Shown: one piece after another, positions 51,662 to 64,000 of the stretch
Layout: every line of letters starts with the position of its first letter
How positions within the stretch are numbered: the stretch's first letter is position 1
Source: Potamilus streckersoni
Lineage: Eukaryota
Length of the DNA stretch: 64,000 bases
NCBI GenBank assembly: GCA_016746295.1
Contig: JAEAOA010000822.1
Coordinates: 950,104-1,014,103 of the forward strand
Reading direction: 5' to 3'
The notes under the pieces: model-generated
Told to the model about the DNA's origin: nothing
Database searches by the model: none
What the model saw: only the letters and a program-made list of their open reading frames with translations
Position numbers and translations under genes: made by a program

Positions 51662-53468
51662 CACCACTCTCTCGATAACTCGTGGACATTGGGGTCCAAA
51701 AACATCGACCGCGATATAAGCGAGGGCGCGAGTTATCGAGGGACCTATAACAACAAAACTAACAAAGGGATCGATGTATAGGCAAAAGGGGGTGGGGTTG
51801 GCTTGGCATGTTACAATGTTGAATACTCAATAAACGTGCTAAGATTAACAGTGAATAAATATCTCTTCATATCGGTATATATTATTTTTTTTCCTCAGAG
51901 TAACATTAATTTCAGGATAACTTGAAGTATATTGATCATCAAACATTATTCCACTTGGTTTTCATTCGCTTAGCACATGTACGACTTCACGTTTTGACCG
52001 CAGATTTGAATCACCCACGCATGCATGCCCCCAGTTATACCACGTGACCACGCAGTCGCATAAATGTTATTATTTTGGAATTATTATTCTTAAGATAGTT
52101 ATTGGTAAAAACGTAGTAGTATCGCAAATAGAAATATCAGTACATGAACGATGGCTAACTTTCGAAATTCGCGGAGCTAGTCGACTAAAAAAACAACGAG
52201 CAAAGATTACTTTGATGCGTTACGAAGATTTCAAGGTGTCTAGGTGATGATTGTTCATAATATACTTTGTGGGATTTCTTTGACATGTTTGTTCGGAAAT
52301 CAAAGGTATCCATCTGGGTTTCATTAAAGGAGCCCGCTAGGTACCGATCATTTAGCACCCACATTTAATAGTTATCGTCTACAAAGAGGTTTATTACTCG
52401 TAGAACAAAGGTTTTAACCTTGGAATATAATGCCTCGGGGATAACGGTTGGTCCGGTTGCACAATGCCAATGAATTTTATTAATCAAAACAGATGGCCTG
52501 ACGTATTGTTTATTTATATTAAGCAGCGATCTGGTTTCTTATTATAGCCATAGCTGTCACACCTGTTTGAAGTGGTTGGCCAGTGTGTCGATTTTTTTTT
52601 TTTTACAGGTACCCGCGTTTACTTTTCAATATCCGGGTTTTTTTATACCGGTTTACCCGATGACAGCCCTAGATACCTTACTGATATTATATACTTTAAT
52701 GATGTTAATACATAAAATGTGAAAACATTTTCGATTGGTGAAGTAAAATTAAATTTGATAACGGTAACGAATACGAGAACATAGGCTCCTAAAGGCATGC
52801 CTTTGAACTTTCTTTTATTGTACTTACCAGGTTTGATTTGATGCAAAATACATATTCTAAAACAACACCGGTCTCTTTTACTTGATTCTTTTATTGTAAC
52901 AAACACTTCCCACGCTGTTGATCAAAACAAAGTCAGCATGTAATTAGGTTCCCACTGAAGTACTCTCGGTTTTGATGTGACGGTTGACTGACTCTTTTCC
53001 TGCCTTCATCTAAGAGAATAGGTATGTTGCGATTATGGAGTTGAGACAAAATTAAAGGCTTATAATGTGAATTTCACCTAGCCAGATATTTAATTAGTGT
53101 CTATTTCATTCTAGGTTGCTGCATGTTAGCAATTTACCAGAGTTTTTCATTGAGCACTGTTTATTTACAATTTACAGTGTATTAACAACTATTTCTCTAT
53201 TAAAAAAAACAATATGTGATATCTTTTTAGAAATTGCAAATTTCACAATATGGATTCTATCTTTACGGGCAATAATCACCATTTTCAATGATAAAAACAA
53301 GTTATGTATCAAAGTTTAATTTACCAATTTACCATTTCTTATCACATTTTCACTGTTCAACACATTTTAAAATATATTTGCTTTGAAAAAAAATCGGGAG
53401 CCATGCCGGACACCGCGTTATAAGCGGGTTCGGGAGTTATCCGGGCGCGAGTTATCGAGGGAGTGGTG
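51662..53468. mobile_element. Non-autonomous TIR DNA transposon (TA target-site duplication) inserted into the 44-bp satellite
   Basis: Termini CACCACTCTCTCGATAACTCG and the reverse complement of the right end CACCACTCCCTCGATAACTCG, flanked by TA on both sides. Subterminal gcgcgagttatcgaggga motifs occur at both ends. The interior is CpG-rich (cgcgat, ccgcg, tcgac), which is atypical for the locus, and has no long ORF. The satellite continues on both sides. Confidence 0.6.
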
Positions 53469-53469
53469 T

Positions 53470-55990
53470 ATTGTGTGGTACAACCTATTCCAGTCAACTC
53501 ACTTTTACTGTAGTTTGTGTGGTACACCCCATTCCAATCAACACACTTAAAAAGTAAATTGTGTGGTACACCCTTCTCTAGTCAACCTACTTGTACTGTA
53601 GCTTGTGTGGTACACCCTATTCTAGTCAACTTACCTGTAATGTAGATTGTGTGTTACACCCTATTCTAGTTAACCTACCTGTACTGTAGATTGTGTGGTA
53701 CACCCTATTCTAGTCAACTTACTTGTACTGTATATTATGTGGTACACCCTTCTCTAGTCAACTCACTTGGACTGTAGATTGTATGGTACACCCTATTCCA
53801 GTCAACTTATTTGTGCTGTAGATTGTGTGGTACACCCTATTCCAGTCAACTTACTTGTACTGTATATTGTGTGGTACACCCTTCTCTAGTCAACTCACTT
53901 GGACTGTAGATTCTGTGATACTCCATTTTTCAGTCAACTTACTTGTACTGTAGATTGTGTAGTACATATATTCCAGTTAACTTACATGTATTGTAGATTG
54001 TGTGGTACACCCTATTCCAGTCTACTTGTACTGTGTGTGGTACACATTAATCTAGTCAACTTAATTGTACTGTAGATTGTGCAGCACAACCAATTCCAGT
54101 CAACTTACCTGTACTGTATATTGAGTGGTACACCCTACTCCAGTCAACTTACCTGTACTATATATTGTGTGGTACACCCTACTCCAGTCAACTTACTTGT
54201 ACTGTATATTGTGTGATACACCCTATTCCAATCAACACACTTAAAAAGTAAATTGTGGTGTACACCCTTCTCTAGTCAACTTACTTGTACTGTAGCTTGT
54301 GTGGTACAGCCTATTCTAGTCAACTTACCTGTAATGTAGATTGTGTATTACACCCTATTCTAGTTAACCACCTGTACTGTAGATTCTGAGGTACACCCTA
54401 TTCTAGTCAACTTACTTGTACTGTATATTGTGTGGTACACCCTTCTCTAGTCAACTCACTTGGACTGTAGATTGTGTGGTACACCCTATTCCAGTCAACT
54501 TATTTGTGCTGTAGATTGTGTGGTACACCCTATTCCAGTCAATTTACTTGTACTGTATATTGTGTGGTACACCCTTCTCTAGTCAACTCACTTGGAATGT
54601 TGATTGTGTGGTACACCATTTTTCAGTCAACTTACTTGTACTGTAGATTGTGTAGTACACCATATTCCAGTCAACTTACTTGTACTGAAGATTGTGTGGT
54701 ACACCCTATTCCAGTCAACTCACTTGTACTGTACATTGTGTAGTACACCATTCTATAGTCAACTTACTTGAACTGTAGATTATGTGGTACAACCTATTCC
54801 AGTCATCTTACTTGTACTGTAAATTGTGTGGTACACCCTACTCCAGTCAACTTACTTGTACTGTAGATTGTGTGGTACACCCTATTCCAGTCAACTCACT
54901 TGGACTGTAGATTGTGTGGTACACCATTTTTCAGTCAACTTTTTTGTACAGTAGATTGTGTAGTACACCATATTCCAGTCAACTTACTTGTACTGAAGAT
55001 TGTGCGGTACACCCTATTCCAGTCAACTCACTTGTACTGTAGATTGTGTAGTACATCCTTCTCTAGTCAACTCACTTGAACTGTAGATTATATGGTACAA
55101 CCTATTCCAGACAAATTACTTGTACTGTAAATTGTGTGGTACACCCTACTCCAGCCAACTTACTTGTACTGTAGATTGTGTGGTACACCCTATTCCAGTC
55201 AACTCAAAAAGTAAATTGTGTGGTACACCCTACTCCAATCAACTTACTTTGTACTGTATATTGTGTGGTACACCCTATTCTTGTCAAATTACTTGTACTG
55301 TATATTGTGTGGAACACCCTACTCCAGTCAACCCACCTAAACTATAAATTGTGTGGTTCACCCTATTCTAGTCAACTTACTTGTACAGTATATTGTGGTA
55401 CATCCTCTTCTAGTCAACTTACCTGTACTGTAGATTGTGTTACACCCTCTTCTAGTCAACTTACCGGTACTGTAGATTATGTGGGACACCTTATTCCAGT
55501 AAACATACTTGTACCGTATATTGTGTGGTACACAATTCTCTAGTCAACTCACTTGGAATGTAGATTTTGTGGTAGATCCTATGCTAGTCAACTAACTTGT
55601 ACTGTATATCGTGTGGTATACCCTTCTCTAATCAACTCATTTGCACTGTAGATTGTGTGATACACCGTATTCTAGTCACCTCACTTGTAATGTAGATTAC
55701 ACCTGTTCCAGTCAACTTACTTGTACTGTAGGTTGTGTGATGCATCCGATTCTAGTCAACCTAATTGTACTGTAGATTGAGTGGAACACCCTATATCCAG
55801 TCAACTCACTTGAACTGTAAATTGTGTGGTACAGCCTATTCCAGTCAACTAACTTGTACTGTAGATTGTGTGGTACATCCTACCATTAGGTACTGTAGGC
55901 TGTGTGGTCCACCCTATCCTAGTCAACTGCTTGACACTGTAGATTATGTGGTACACTATATTCAACTCTTTAGCACTGCTGATTGTGTGG
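53470..55990. repeat. 44-bp satellite block 3 (2.5 kb)
   Basis: Starts exactly at the right TA of the TIR element; it produces the spurious cysteine-rich ORFs 54474..56055. Confidence 0.9.
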
Positions 55991-56088
55991 CACACCCTAT
56001 TCTACTGAACTCTTTCTTAGTATCCAAGAATTTAATTTTCTTGCAATATTTATGAAATTCTAAAAATCTATGATGCACACTAACTTAC

Positions 56089-56287
56089 CAGAAATCTTCC
56101 CCAATTTAAGTTCCTCTGCCTTATTCTTGCCCAAGAGCAAATAGCCATCAGTGTTAAGTAGTCTCCCTTTATCAATACAGTCTCTGACATAGTCTAGACA
56201 GATGATAGGAATACCGTACTTGGTAGCCATCTTACATTTGTAAGACATATCTGCCTTCTTTGGGTCACCGCATAGAACATGAGTTGA
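56089..56287 (-). CDS. PARP4: PARP4-like exon B (BRCT)
   Basis: Translation STHVLCGDPKKADMSYKCKMATKYGIPIICLDYVRDCIDKGRLLNTDGYLLLGKNKAEELKLGKIS aligns to human CTHIILDNAD...HIANPDFIWKSIREKRLLDVKNY. Acceptor ttttttttctttttccttattttcag and donor CTG|gtaagt are both strong. Phase 0 in, 1 out. Confidence 0.85.
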
Positions 56288-57042
56288 CTGAAAATAAGGA
56301 AAAAGAAAAAAAAATAAATTAATTAAAGATTAAGTTTCATCTGTGTGATGTGTGCCTACTGTCATGTCACTTAAGGGCAGTTTACTAAAATTGTTTTCAA
56401 ATGATATCAAAAAATCAAATAAGCCTAGACCCAAATCTAAGACTGCATAATTCTGTCTGGTCAATGTCACTATTATTATTATTAATATTCACTTGAAATC
56501 ATAAATAGAAAGAACATAATAAACCCAGATTATCTTGAGAAATTAAGGGATTGCAGCTCTAGATGTATGCTGATAACATTTTGTGCACAACTTAATATGG
56601 CATGTCTCAAAAGATGGAATAATGAAGAGATTAATTCTGAAGCTCTCATGTCTTTAACCTTCTGTTAAAATCCTTTTCCTCAGACAGGAGATTTGTGTTT
56701 CATTGCTGTTAATCAAATTATATTAGACTGACAACAAGCATGAAATACTCATAGGCCAAAAATATTTCAAATATTTAAGAAATACTGCAAAATTTGAATC
56801 ATGGAATTCATTGTTTTGAATTTTCCAAGGAAGTAGAAGAAAGAATCTGCTATGCCAGGAATAATTTCAAGTAATGTCTAGTAGTCAACGAGTGATACTT
56901 AGATTAACAATATTTTAGTAATGCTTAGTATTTAATTGTTGCCAAGTATTCAACTAATGCACAGTATATGAATATGATGTCTATCATTTGGGTGTTGCCT
57001 ATAATTTGAGTTAATTTCAGTGATATCTAGTATTCAAGAATG

Positions 57043-57298
57043 TTGGTTGTTGATGCTGTAGGGTTTAATGCTATTTTTCAGCACACTATAGTCCATATAT
57101 GGCAGCCAGAATTAATGGTAAAGGAACCAGAGAAAACCCAGGAAAGAACCACCGACCTACAAGAAGCTACTGACAAGCTTTCTCACATATCTACATTGGC
57201 CGAATCCAAGATTCGAACCCACAGAGACAGAGTTGAGATGGCAGTGATCTATAACAGACAGCACTTTAGACCACTCGGCCACTTTAGTCCTCTTCAAG
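57043..57298 (-). mobile_element. SINE family B copy
   Basis: Reverse-complement match to family B over nearly its full length, including the tRNA-like head ...agaccactcggccac. Confidence 0.75.
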
Positions 57299-57429
57299 AC
57301 ATGTCTGGCATTTGAGTGATATATAGTATTCAAGAGATATCTAGTTTATGAGTGATATCTTGTATTAAACAGATGTCTAGTGTTTGAGGGATACCTAGTA
57401 TTTTAGTATTAGAGCGACACTTGTTATTT

Positions 57430-58880
57430 GGGTGATGCCTAGAATTCAAGTATTGTCAAGTATACATGTGATACCTAATATTTTTCAAGTGATGTCTAGT
57501 ATTCAAGTGATGTCTAGTATTCAAGTGATGTCTAATAGTATTCAAGTGATGTCTAGTATTCAAGTGATGTCAAGTATTCAAGTGATGTCTAATAGTATTC
57601 AAGTGATGTCTAATAGTATTCAAGTGATGTCTAATAGTATTCAAGTGATGTCAATTATTCAAGTGATGTCTAATAGTATTCAAGTGATGTCTAATAGTAT
57701 TCAAGTGATGTCTAATAGTATTCAAGTGATGTCTAATAGTATTCAAGTGATGTCAATTATTCAAGTGATGTGTAGTATTCAAGTGATGCCAGTTTCAAGT
57801 GATGTGTAGTATTCAAGTGATGCCTAGTATTCAAGAGATGTCTAATAGTATTCAAGTGATATCTAGTATTCAAGTGATGTCTAATAGTATTCAAGTGTCT
57901 AATAGTATTCAAGTGATGTCTAATAGTATTCAAGTGATGTCAATTATTCAAGTGATGTTTAGTATTCAAGTGATGCATAGTATTCAAGTGATGTGTAGTA
58001 TTCAAATGATGCCTAGTATTCAAGTGATGTCTAGTATTCAAGTGATGTGTAGTATTCAAGTGATGTGTAGTATTCAAATGATGCCTAGTATTCAAGTGAT
58101 GTCTAATAGTATTCAAGTGATGTCTAGTATTCAAGTGATGTCTAGTATTCAAGTGAAGTCTAATAGTATTCAAGTGATGTCTAGTATTCAAGTAATGTCT
58201 AATAGTATTCAAGTGATGTCTAATAGTATTCAAGTGATATTCAAGTGATATCTAATAGTATTCAAGTGATGTCTAATAGTATTCAAGTGATGTCTAATAG
58301 TATTCAATTGATGCCTAATAGTATTCAAGTGATGTCTAATAGTATTCAAGTGATGTCTAGTATTCAAGTGATGTCTAATAGTATTCAATTGATGCCTAAT
58401 AGTATTCAAATGATGCCTAATAGTATTCAAGTGATGTCTAATAGTATTCAATTGATGCCTAATAGTATTCAAGTGATGTCTAATAGTATTCAAGTGATGC
58501 CTAATAGTATTCAAGTGATGTCTAATAGTATTCAATTGATGCCTAATAGTATTCAAGTGATGCCTAATAGTATTCAAATGATGCCTAATAGTATTCAAAT
58601 GATGCCTAATAGTATTCAATTGATGCCTAATAGTATTCAAGTGATGTCTAATAGTATTCAAGTGATGCCTAATAGTATTCAAGTGATGTCTAATAGTATT
58701 CAATTGATGCCTAATAGTATTCAAGTGATGTCTAATAGTATTCAATTGATGCCTAATAGTATTCAATTGATGCCTAATAGTATTCAAGTGATGCCTAATA
58801 GTATTCAAATGATGCCTAATAGTATTCAATTGATGCCTAGTATTCAAGTGAATCCTGATATTCATCTGATGCCAAGTATT
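57430..58880. repeat. 1.45-kb minisatellite, 21/24-bp unit (tattcaagtgatgtctaatag) x~65
   Basis: Direct reading; it produces 125-212-aa spurious ORFs on both strands. Confidence 0.95.
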
Positions 58881-59044
58881 TGAGTGATACCTACAACCCC
58901 TGGATTATATATGTTGCTCTACTAACCAAGATACCACATCAGACAAACTGCCTATGTTCCAGAGATATACCAATTACCATAAAAATAACAGCATGTATGT
59001 TTAACCACTAGTAAAACTGGAAAGAAAAATTAAATATCTATTAC

Positions 59045-59183
59045 CTTCTTTGTAACAATGAAGGACACTATCCCACCATGGCTGGTGATTGCTTTCCTTA
59101 AGTTAGTTTTCTCGGAGAAAGACATGTTCATTGACAAGTCCAATGCAAATTGACAGTTTGCAAAAACTGCAGGCAAGGGGGTC
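59045..59183 (-). CDS. PARP4: PARP4-like exon A (BRCT N-terminal part)
   Basis: Minus-strand translation TPLPAVFANCQFALDLSMNMSFSEKTNLRKAITSHGGIVSFIVTKK aligns to human PARP4 residues ~5-45 (GIFANCIFCLKV...GGKFSFSLNPQ). Acceptor ctatttcag at 59184-59186; an alternative strong acceptor cccccttgcctgcag would give the upper limit 59166. Donor AAG|gtaata. No in-frame ATG is present, so the start codon must lie in an upstream exon. Confidence 0.6.
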
Positions 59184-59339
59184 CTGAAATAGTATTGAAA
59201 GGTAAGGCACAGAAAAATCTAGTTCTGACAATGAATAATATTCATACCTGTTAATTATGAGACACACCAAATTACAAAGCTGTACAAAAAGCTTTTTTAA
59301 TTCCTTGAGTTCAGGAATCTATTGAAACAGCTATTTTAA

Positions 59340-59995
59340 TCAAAGCATGTGAATAATACAAGAACTTAAAAGCCAATACTTCATTGCTGTACACATCAAT
59401 GTTCTGTCATCTATGTAAAGGCTCACTATAATAGTCAATGCACAATACAATGATCCCTCATGTAATGGTCGGTCATCATATAATGGTCTTTCACTATAAT
59501 CATCCCTCACTATGCAATGGTCCCTCACTATAATTGCTACTCAATAATGGTCTCTCAATATATAATGGTCCTTCACTATTATAAATCCCTCACCATGTAA
59601 TGGTCCCTCACTATATAATAGTCTTTCACTATCATGGTCCCTCACTATATAATTGTCTTTCACTATAATCATCCCTCACTATGCAATGGTGGTGGTTGTT
59701 GTTGTTCTTGTTGTGGGGCTTAACACCATTTCTCAGCACATGATAGGCTATACATGGCGGCCAGTATTAATGGTGGAGGAAAAACCTGGGAAATCCACAG
59801 AAAGAACCACTGACCCACGAGAAGCTACTAGCAAGCTTTCTCACATATCCACATTCACCGAATCTTAAACTCGAACCCACACAGACAGAGGTGACTTGGC
59901 TGTGATCCAAAATGGACAGCGCCACTCAGGGCCCCTTATGCAATGGTACCTCACTATGATTGCTATTGTATAATGGTCCTTCAATATAATTCTAC
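59340..59995. repeat. 22-bp minisatellite (taatggtccctcactatataa) split by the SINE-B insertion
   Basis: The array occupies 59340-59688 and 59936-59995, on either side of the SINE. Confidence 0.85.
59689..59935 (-). mobile_element. SINE family B copy inserted into the 22-bp minisatellite
   Basis: Reverse-complement match to family B. The flanking direct repeat ~tatgcaatggt sits on both sides, inside the minisatellite. Confidence 0.8.
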
Positions 59996-61079
59996 TTGAA
60001 CTTCCAAGTTCATTTTAATTCATTATAATGTCATTTCACATAACTAATAAAAAGTAGATAGTCCTACACATGGTATCCCTGTAGTTCCTTGTTTTGACCT
60101 CCACCCCTCAATGCCAACATTTGAGCCTACTGGCTGAGAACCTTTTTAAGGGCAAATATCAGATGGGTGTTTGCATTTGTTTTCATGCTCTATAATTATA
60201 CAAATGGCTACATGGTGTAGATCTCAATAGTTTCCAAGTAAAAACAGGGGCTTAGTCCCTTGTGAGTTAAGAATGGACCCCTGGACAAATATTAGTTGCA
60301 TTATAATCTGTTTTTCCTTTCCAATAACCATACATGTATGATTATAGGGTAGCGATCTCAATAGTTTCCAATTTACAACCCAAAGAACAAACCCTGGTTT
60401 AATGCCTGTTTCATGTATTCCAGAGGTTTCGGAAATGCTTGCTCATGCATATTTGGATACCAATTTTTTTATCAGGGACACAGGAAATCATTTAGGTGGG
60501 AGTTCTCCATACTCATATAATGGATGGGTGACAAAATTCAAAGACTTTCCTGTCCTGCTTCAGCCACCTGCTTGGTTGGAAAATGAGTTGATTAATTACC
60601 TGTGCTGATATTTACAATGACAGAAAGACCTGTTTATGTACATGTCATTATAGGAGTACATCAAAAGAACATGATGCAATAGCTTGGTGGCTTGTTTAAA
60701 GACTCCGATAGGCATATTGGTGGGACAATTCTTCAATCAAGCAAACACTCAGACATGAGAGGCATTCAACTCTGGAGTTATCTAAAATTTTGTAAAATCA
60801 CCAAATACTCTTGCCAAAGCAGCGTAACAATTCCTGACAATCTACACTCATATGACTTTCACTTACACTATTTTCATGTGTCTAGTAGTATGGGAATTTA
60901 ATACATATGGACTGTATAACTATCTCCATGTGCTTCAGTAAAAGAGCTAATAACCAAAATAGTGTTGATTAATACTGGTAATTGAATTTATGACATGAAA
61001 AAATATTTGTTGTCACATTGCATGTTTACCAATAATTATAATTATAACCTGTACTATGCTTATTTATTATTATAGTAAA

Positions 61080-61320
61080 GAACTTCTGATATTTCATTTA
61101 CTTACCCTGTGTTATCCTTGTTCAACAATTATCTTATTCTGTGTTACCCTTGTTCAGCAATTACCCACACTGTGTAACCATTCTTTAAAGATTACCTACC
61201 CTATGTTACCCTTGTTCAGCAATTACCTATCCAGTGTTACCCTTGTTAAACAATTACCTATCCTGTGTTACCCTTGTTCAACAATTACCTACCTTGTGTT
61301 ACCCTTGTTCAAGCTCTTTG
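61080..61320. repeat. 33-bp tandem array x7, each unit carrying a 5' splice-site-like motif
   Basis: The minus-strand unit is gataggtaattgttgaacaagggtaacacag. AACAAGG|GTAACA is the same motif that ends the SGIK ORF at 61303. Confidence 0.85.
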
Positions 61321-61909
61321 GATTAATCTTGATCTTGTCCTGATTGAGTTTGCCAGCTGCATCTAATCCTATAGCATCAAGCACACATCCACCTGTGGTG
61401 ATATTCATTTTGCTGCTAAGAGGGGCAAGACCCTTCCTTGGATGCATGCTAACAGCATGCGAGTCGGAATCACTTTTCTCAATGCCAAGGTGTGCACCAC
61501 CTAATCCACTCATCAGGTTTTGATGATCATCCTTCAAACCACTTGCTGTACTGTAATGACTGCTGGTCAAACTACTGACAATGCTAGATTTAATACCACT
61601 CTTACTGGTGAAATGATCCAGATGTGGAGTGGCTGTCACTTTAATTCCACTCATACTGATGGTATTGCTAGAAAGGAGACTACTTTCCCCAGCAATAAGA
61701 CTATGCAGCAACTTGCTGGCAAGGTTGCCATCAATTAAACCCCCACTCAAGTTGGTACATTGTTTGACTGCCTTGTTGATGCCAGTTGTGCCCAAATTTG
61801 CCTTCAACTGATCAGAAGAACTGACATCTGTGCACATTTTACTAGCGCACAAATTTGTCAATGTTCTCTTTCCATCAACATGTATACCAAGCCTGCTTCT
61901 GTCAGCCAT
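61303..61909 (-). CDS. Ser/Gly-rich SGIK-repeat ORF: candidate 5' coding exon (N-terminal extension of the PARP4-like gene) or a separate gene
   Basis: A 636-nt open frame on the minus strand (ATG at 61907-61909): MADRSRLGIHVDGKRT...SMSGIKVTA...SKSGIKSSI...GGCVLDAIGLDAAGKLNQDKIKINPKSLNKG. The region is unusually long and GC-richer than its AT-rich surroundings. It ends at a plausible donor AAGG|gtaaca in phase 1, which is compatible with the alternative acceptor of exon A at 59166. A related ORF with the same SGIK motif, in another frame, lies at 61950-62144. I see no homology to a known family. Confidence 0.3.
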
Positions 61910-64000
61910 ATTAGACTTGATCACAGTTCCAAGATTTTCTGAGCTTTTATTATTTTTGTCCAGAGATCAATTTCTGCTGTGAAAGCTTAATACCACTGAG
62001 AGTGTTTGTGCCACCAATTAAAGAACTCAAACTAGGGTTTGTCTTCTCCAGGTTTTGACTACCATTGCTAATAAAGATATTTGTCAAAGTCTTTGAATCA
62101 GACGAAGGAACTCCTGGACTGAATTGACCAATATATTTCATCAAGGTGACGTAGTCTTTGTTTACATCAACTGGATCCCTTTTGGTTATTTATTTTTAAA
62201 AAGCCTTCAAAATACTGTCATACACTTGTATACCTTCTGAATTGAATTGATGTATCTTGCCTGAAATATAAAATACATTAAGTGGTTGATCAATTTAATC
62301 TGTTTTTCTATATTAAAATGTGTATTAGCTTAAATATAAAACAAATTCAGGTGGTTAATCAATTTGATGTTTATAGATTATGATAATGGATCAAATGGGA
62401 CTTACATTCCAATTAATTCAGTAAAACTCACATGATTCCTGACAAATTTAAAAACTAATTTTAGCTTTAAAATTTAATAATAACATAGTTATAACAAAGT
62501 TTATTCAATCATGATTTTTTAGTGAACTGCACATTAATTGTCATAACATAAGTTCCAGATGAAAATTATCGATCACTAATGACTTTTACAATGGAAGAAT
62601 GGGTCAAGAAAATTGACATTGGAATTAGCTATTACCTACCAGTGCAGGGGGAATCAAGGTAGTCAAGAGCAGTTTTATTCATCTCCTGTATGGGTTTTCA
62701 AATATGAATGATATAGAGGAATAATATACAGTAAGTTTTATTCTTAACTTTTACATTCAACATTTCTTCACAATTATAATTTAGTATGATGTAAAAGGTA
62801 ACTAAAACAATGTGAATTAACAGCCATGTCTTTACTATTTTTAACATGCAAGAAGGAACATATCTGCATGGGAAAACGTTTAATGGGGACACCCCCATTA
62901 ACTTCACTGTACCTACAAATGTCAAAGTACATTATCATTGAATTTGGTATTAAGTATGTTTTGATTATACAATAATCTTCTAAAGAATTTTGATGGACAA
63001 GTTGTGAAATAAAGTAAATAAATGCCATTTAAAGGTATGTCAAACCAAATTCTCCAAAACAACACTTATAGCTTAATCAATGACTCAGTGCATGTATATG
63101 AGTCATGAAAGTTGTATGATAAACATAGGAACTCATACGAGGATTCAGTTACTAAGCAGAGGATCTTACACAAATCCTCAATTCAAATAAAATTTAGGGA
63201 AAAAAGTTTGAACAATTTCTGTCTGGTGAGATTTGCAATGTAATCCAAAATTTACGAAAAAATATCATAGATGAGATGGCTTCAAATTTTGATGTTCAAA
63301 CCGACCTGAGATTGAATTACATTTTCAAATGTATTAAAAATCAATTGATACACATTTTCTACATTCCACTACTAATGATATAGCAGAGGTCCCTTTCTAG
63401 CACTAAGTGCAAACATGGGTGTTAAAAGTGGTAGATAATGTCATGTAAAAACAAAATGCATTGGCAGAATCCTGCATTTACAATTCAAAAAAAAAAGAAA
63501 CGGGATTTCTCAGACTGTTATAATTTGAAGGTAACTTTCAAACTTGTTACAAAATATTTTTCTCCACCACTCTTTATTATTTTCAAAGCAGAGAACAAAC
63601 ATACAATAACTAAATTAAATAATCTTTAGTTCCATGTAGAAATTCTGGATCATGATTGTCTTTCAACTATAAATTCAGTTATGTGAACTGACGTTTGTTA
63701 ATATCAATAAACTGTGATGCAAATCAATTACAAAAGCCTATACAAATTTAATCAAAAAAAAAATTTAATGGAGAATTAGAAGAACATTATTGTTCCTGCG
63801 TAAACACTAATTGCTGTAGTGCTGGTTCTCAAAACATAATTCCATATCAATATAATTGATTACATAGGCTAGACTGGCTGAGAAAAGGAGCAAACACCAA
63901 CCAGATCATCAATTCCATGCATAGACAAGAACTACTAATAACCTTACCATAAAACATAATCCCCAGATTGTAAAATACTGATCACAGTGACTGATGGTTA

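Noticed and set aside
54474-56055. Cysteine-rich ORFs of 69-121 aa (CRLCGTPYSSQLTCTVDCVVHP..)
   Set aside because: Periodic translation of the 44-bp satellite; the same peptide period equals the repeat period.
57432-58883. ORFs of 125-212 aa on both strands (SNSIQVM.. and HHLNTIR.. repeats)
   Set aside because: A product of the 21/24-bp minisatellite. It is open in several frames on both strands at once, which real genes are not.
59190-59340. A start-codon exon immediately upstream of exon A
   Set aside because: There is no ATG in frame before an upstream in-frame TAG, and no ATG-containing segment with a phase-2 donor in 59190-59340. The initiator exon must be further upstream, possibly the SGIK ORF reached through the alternative acceptor.

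Overview
The window is AT-rich, intron-dominated eukaryotic genomic DNA, probably from an invertebrate (the tRNA-derived SINEs, many minisatellites and CpG depletion suggest a mollusc). I did not find an exotic new system. The window is filled by one large gene on the minus strand. Its exon translations align exon by exon to vault poly(ADP-ribose) polymerase (PARP4/vPARP) with the domain order BRCT, PARP helical and catalytic (H-Y-E triad intact), VIT, then vWA (MIDAS DLSNS). I could place 20 phase-consistent exons between 2449 and 59183, all with canonical GT/AG sites except exon D, whose 3' limit is uncertain (candidate donors at 40150 and 40216). A tentative terminal exon lies at 1204-1309. 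The start-codon exon is not resolved: one frame-compatible candidate is a Ser/Gly-rich ORF at 61303-61909, otherwise it is beyond the window. The introns hold two tRNA-derived SINE families (three and six copies), two TA-flanked TIR DNA transposons (Tc1/mariner-like, non-autonomous, CpG-rich) and at least 25 tandem arrays, including a 4.3 kb satellite and a 1.45 kb 21-bp minisatellite. The observation most worth a second look is a recurring pattern: tandem duplications that copy an exon 3' end together with its 5' splice site (78 bp x5 at the vWA exon, an in-frame 27-bp donor duplication, and a 33-bp x7 array carrying donor motifs). A 180-bp x3 array also duplicates the acceptor side of the putative last exon. 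No rRNA, tRNA or CRISPR loci are present; the tRNA-like sequences are SINE heads. Every long ORF in the provided track other than these exons is a repeat or SINE artefact.
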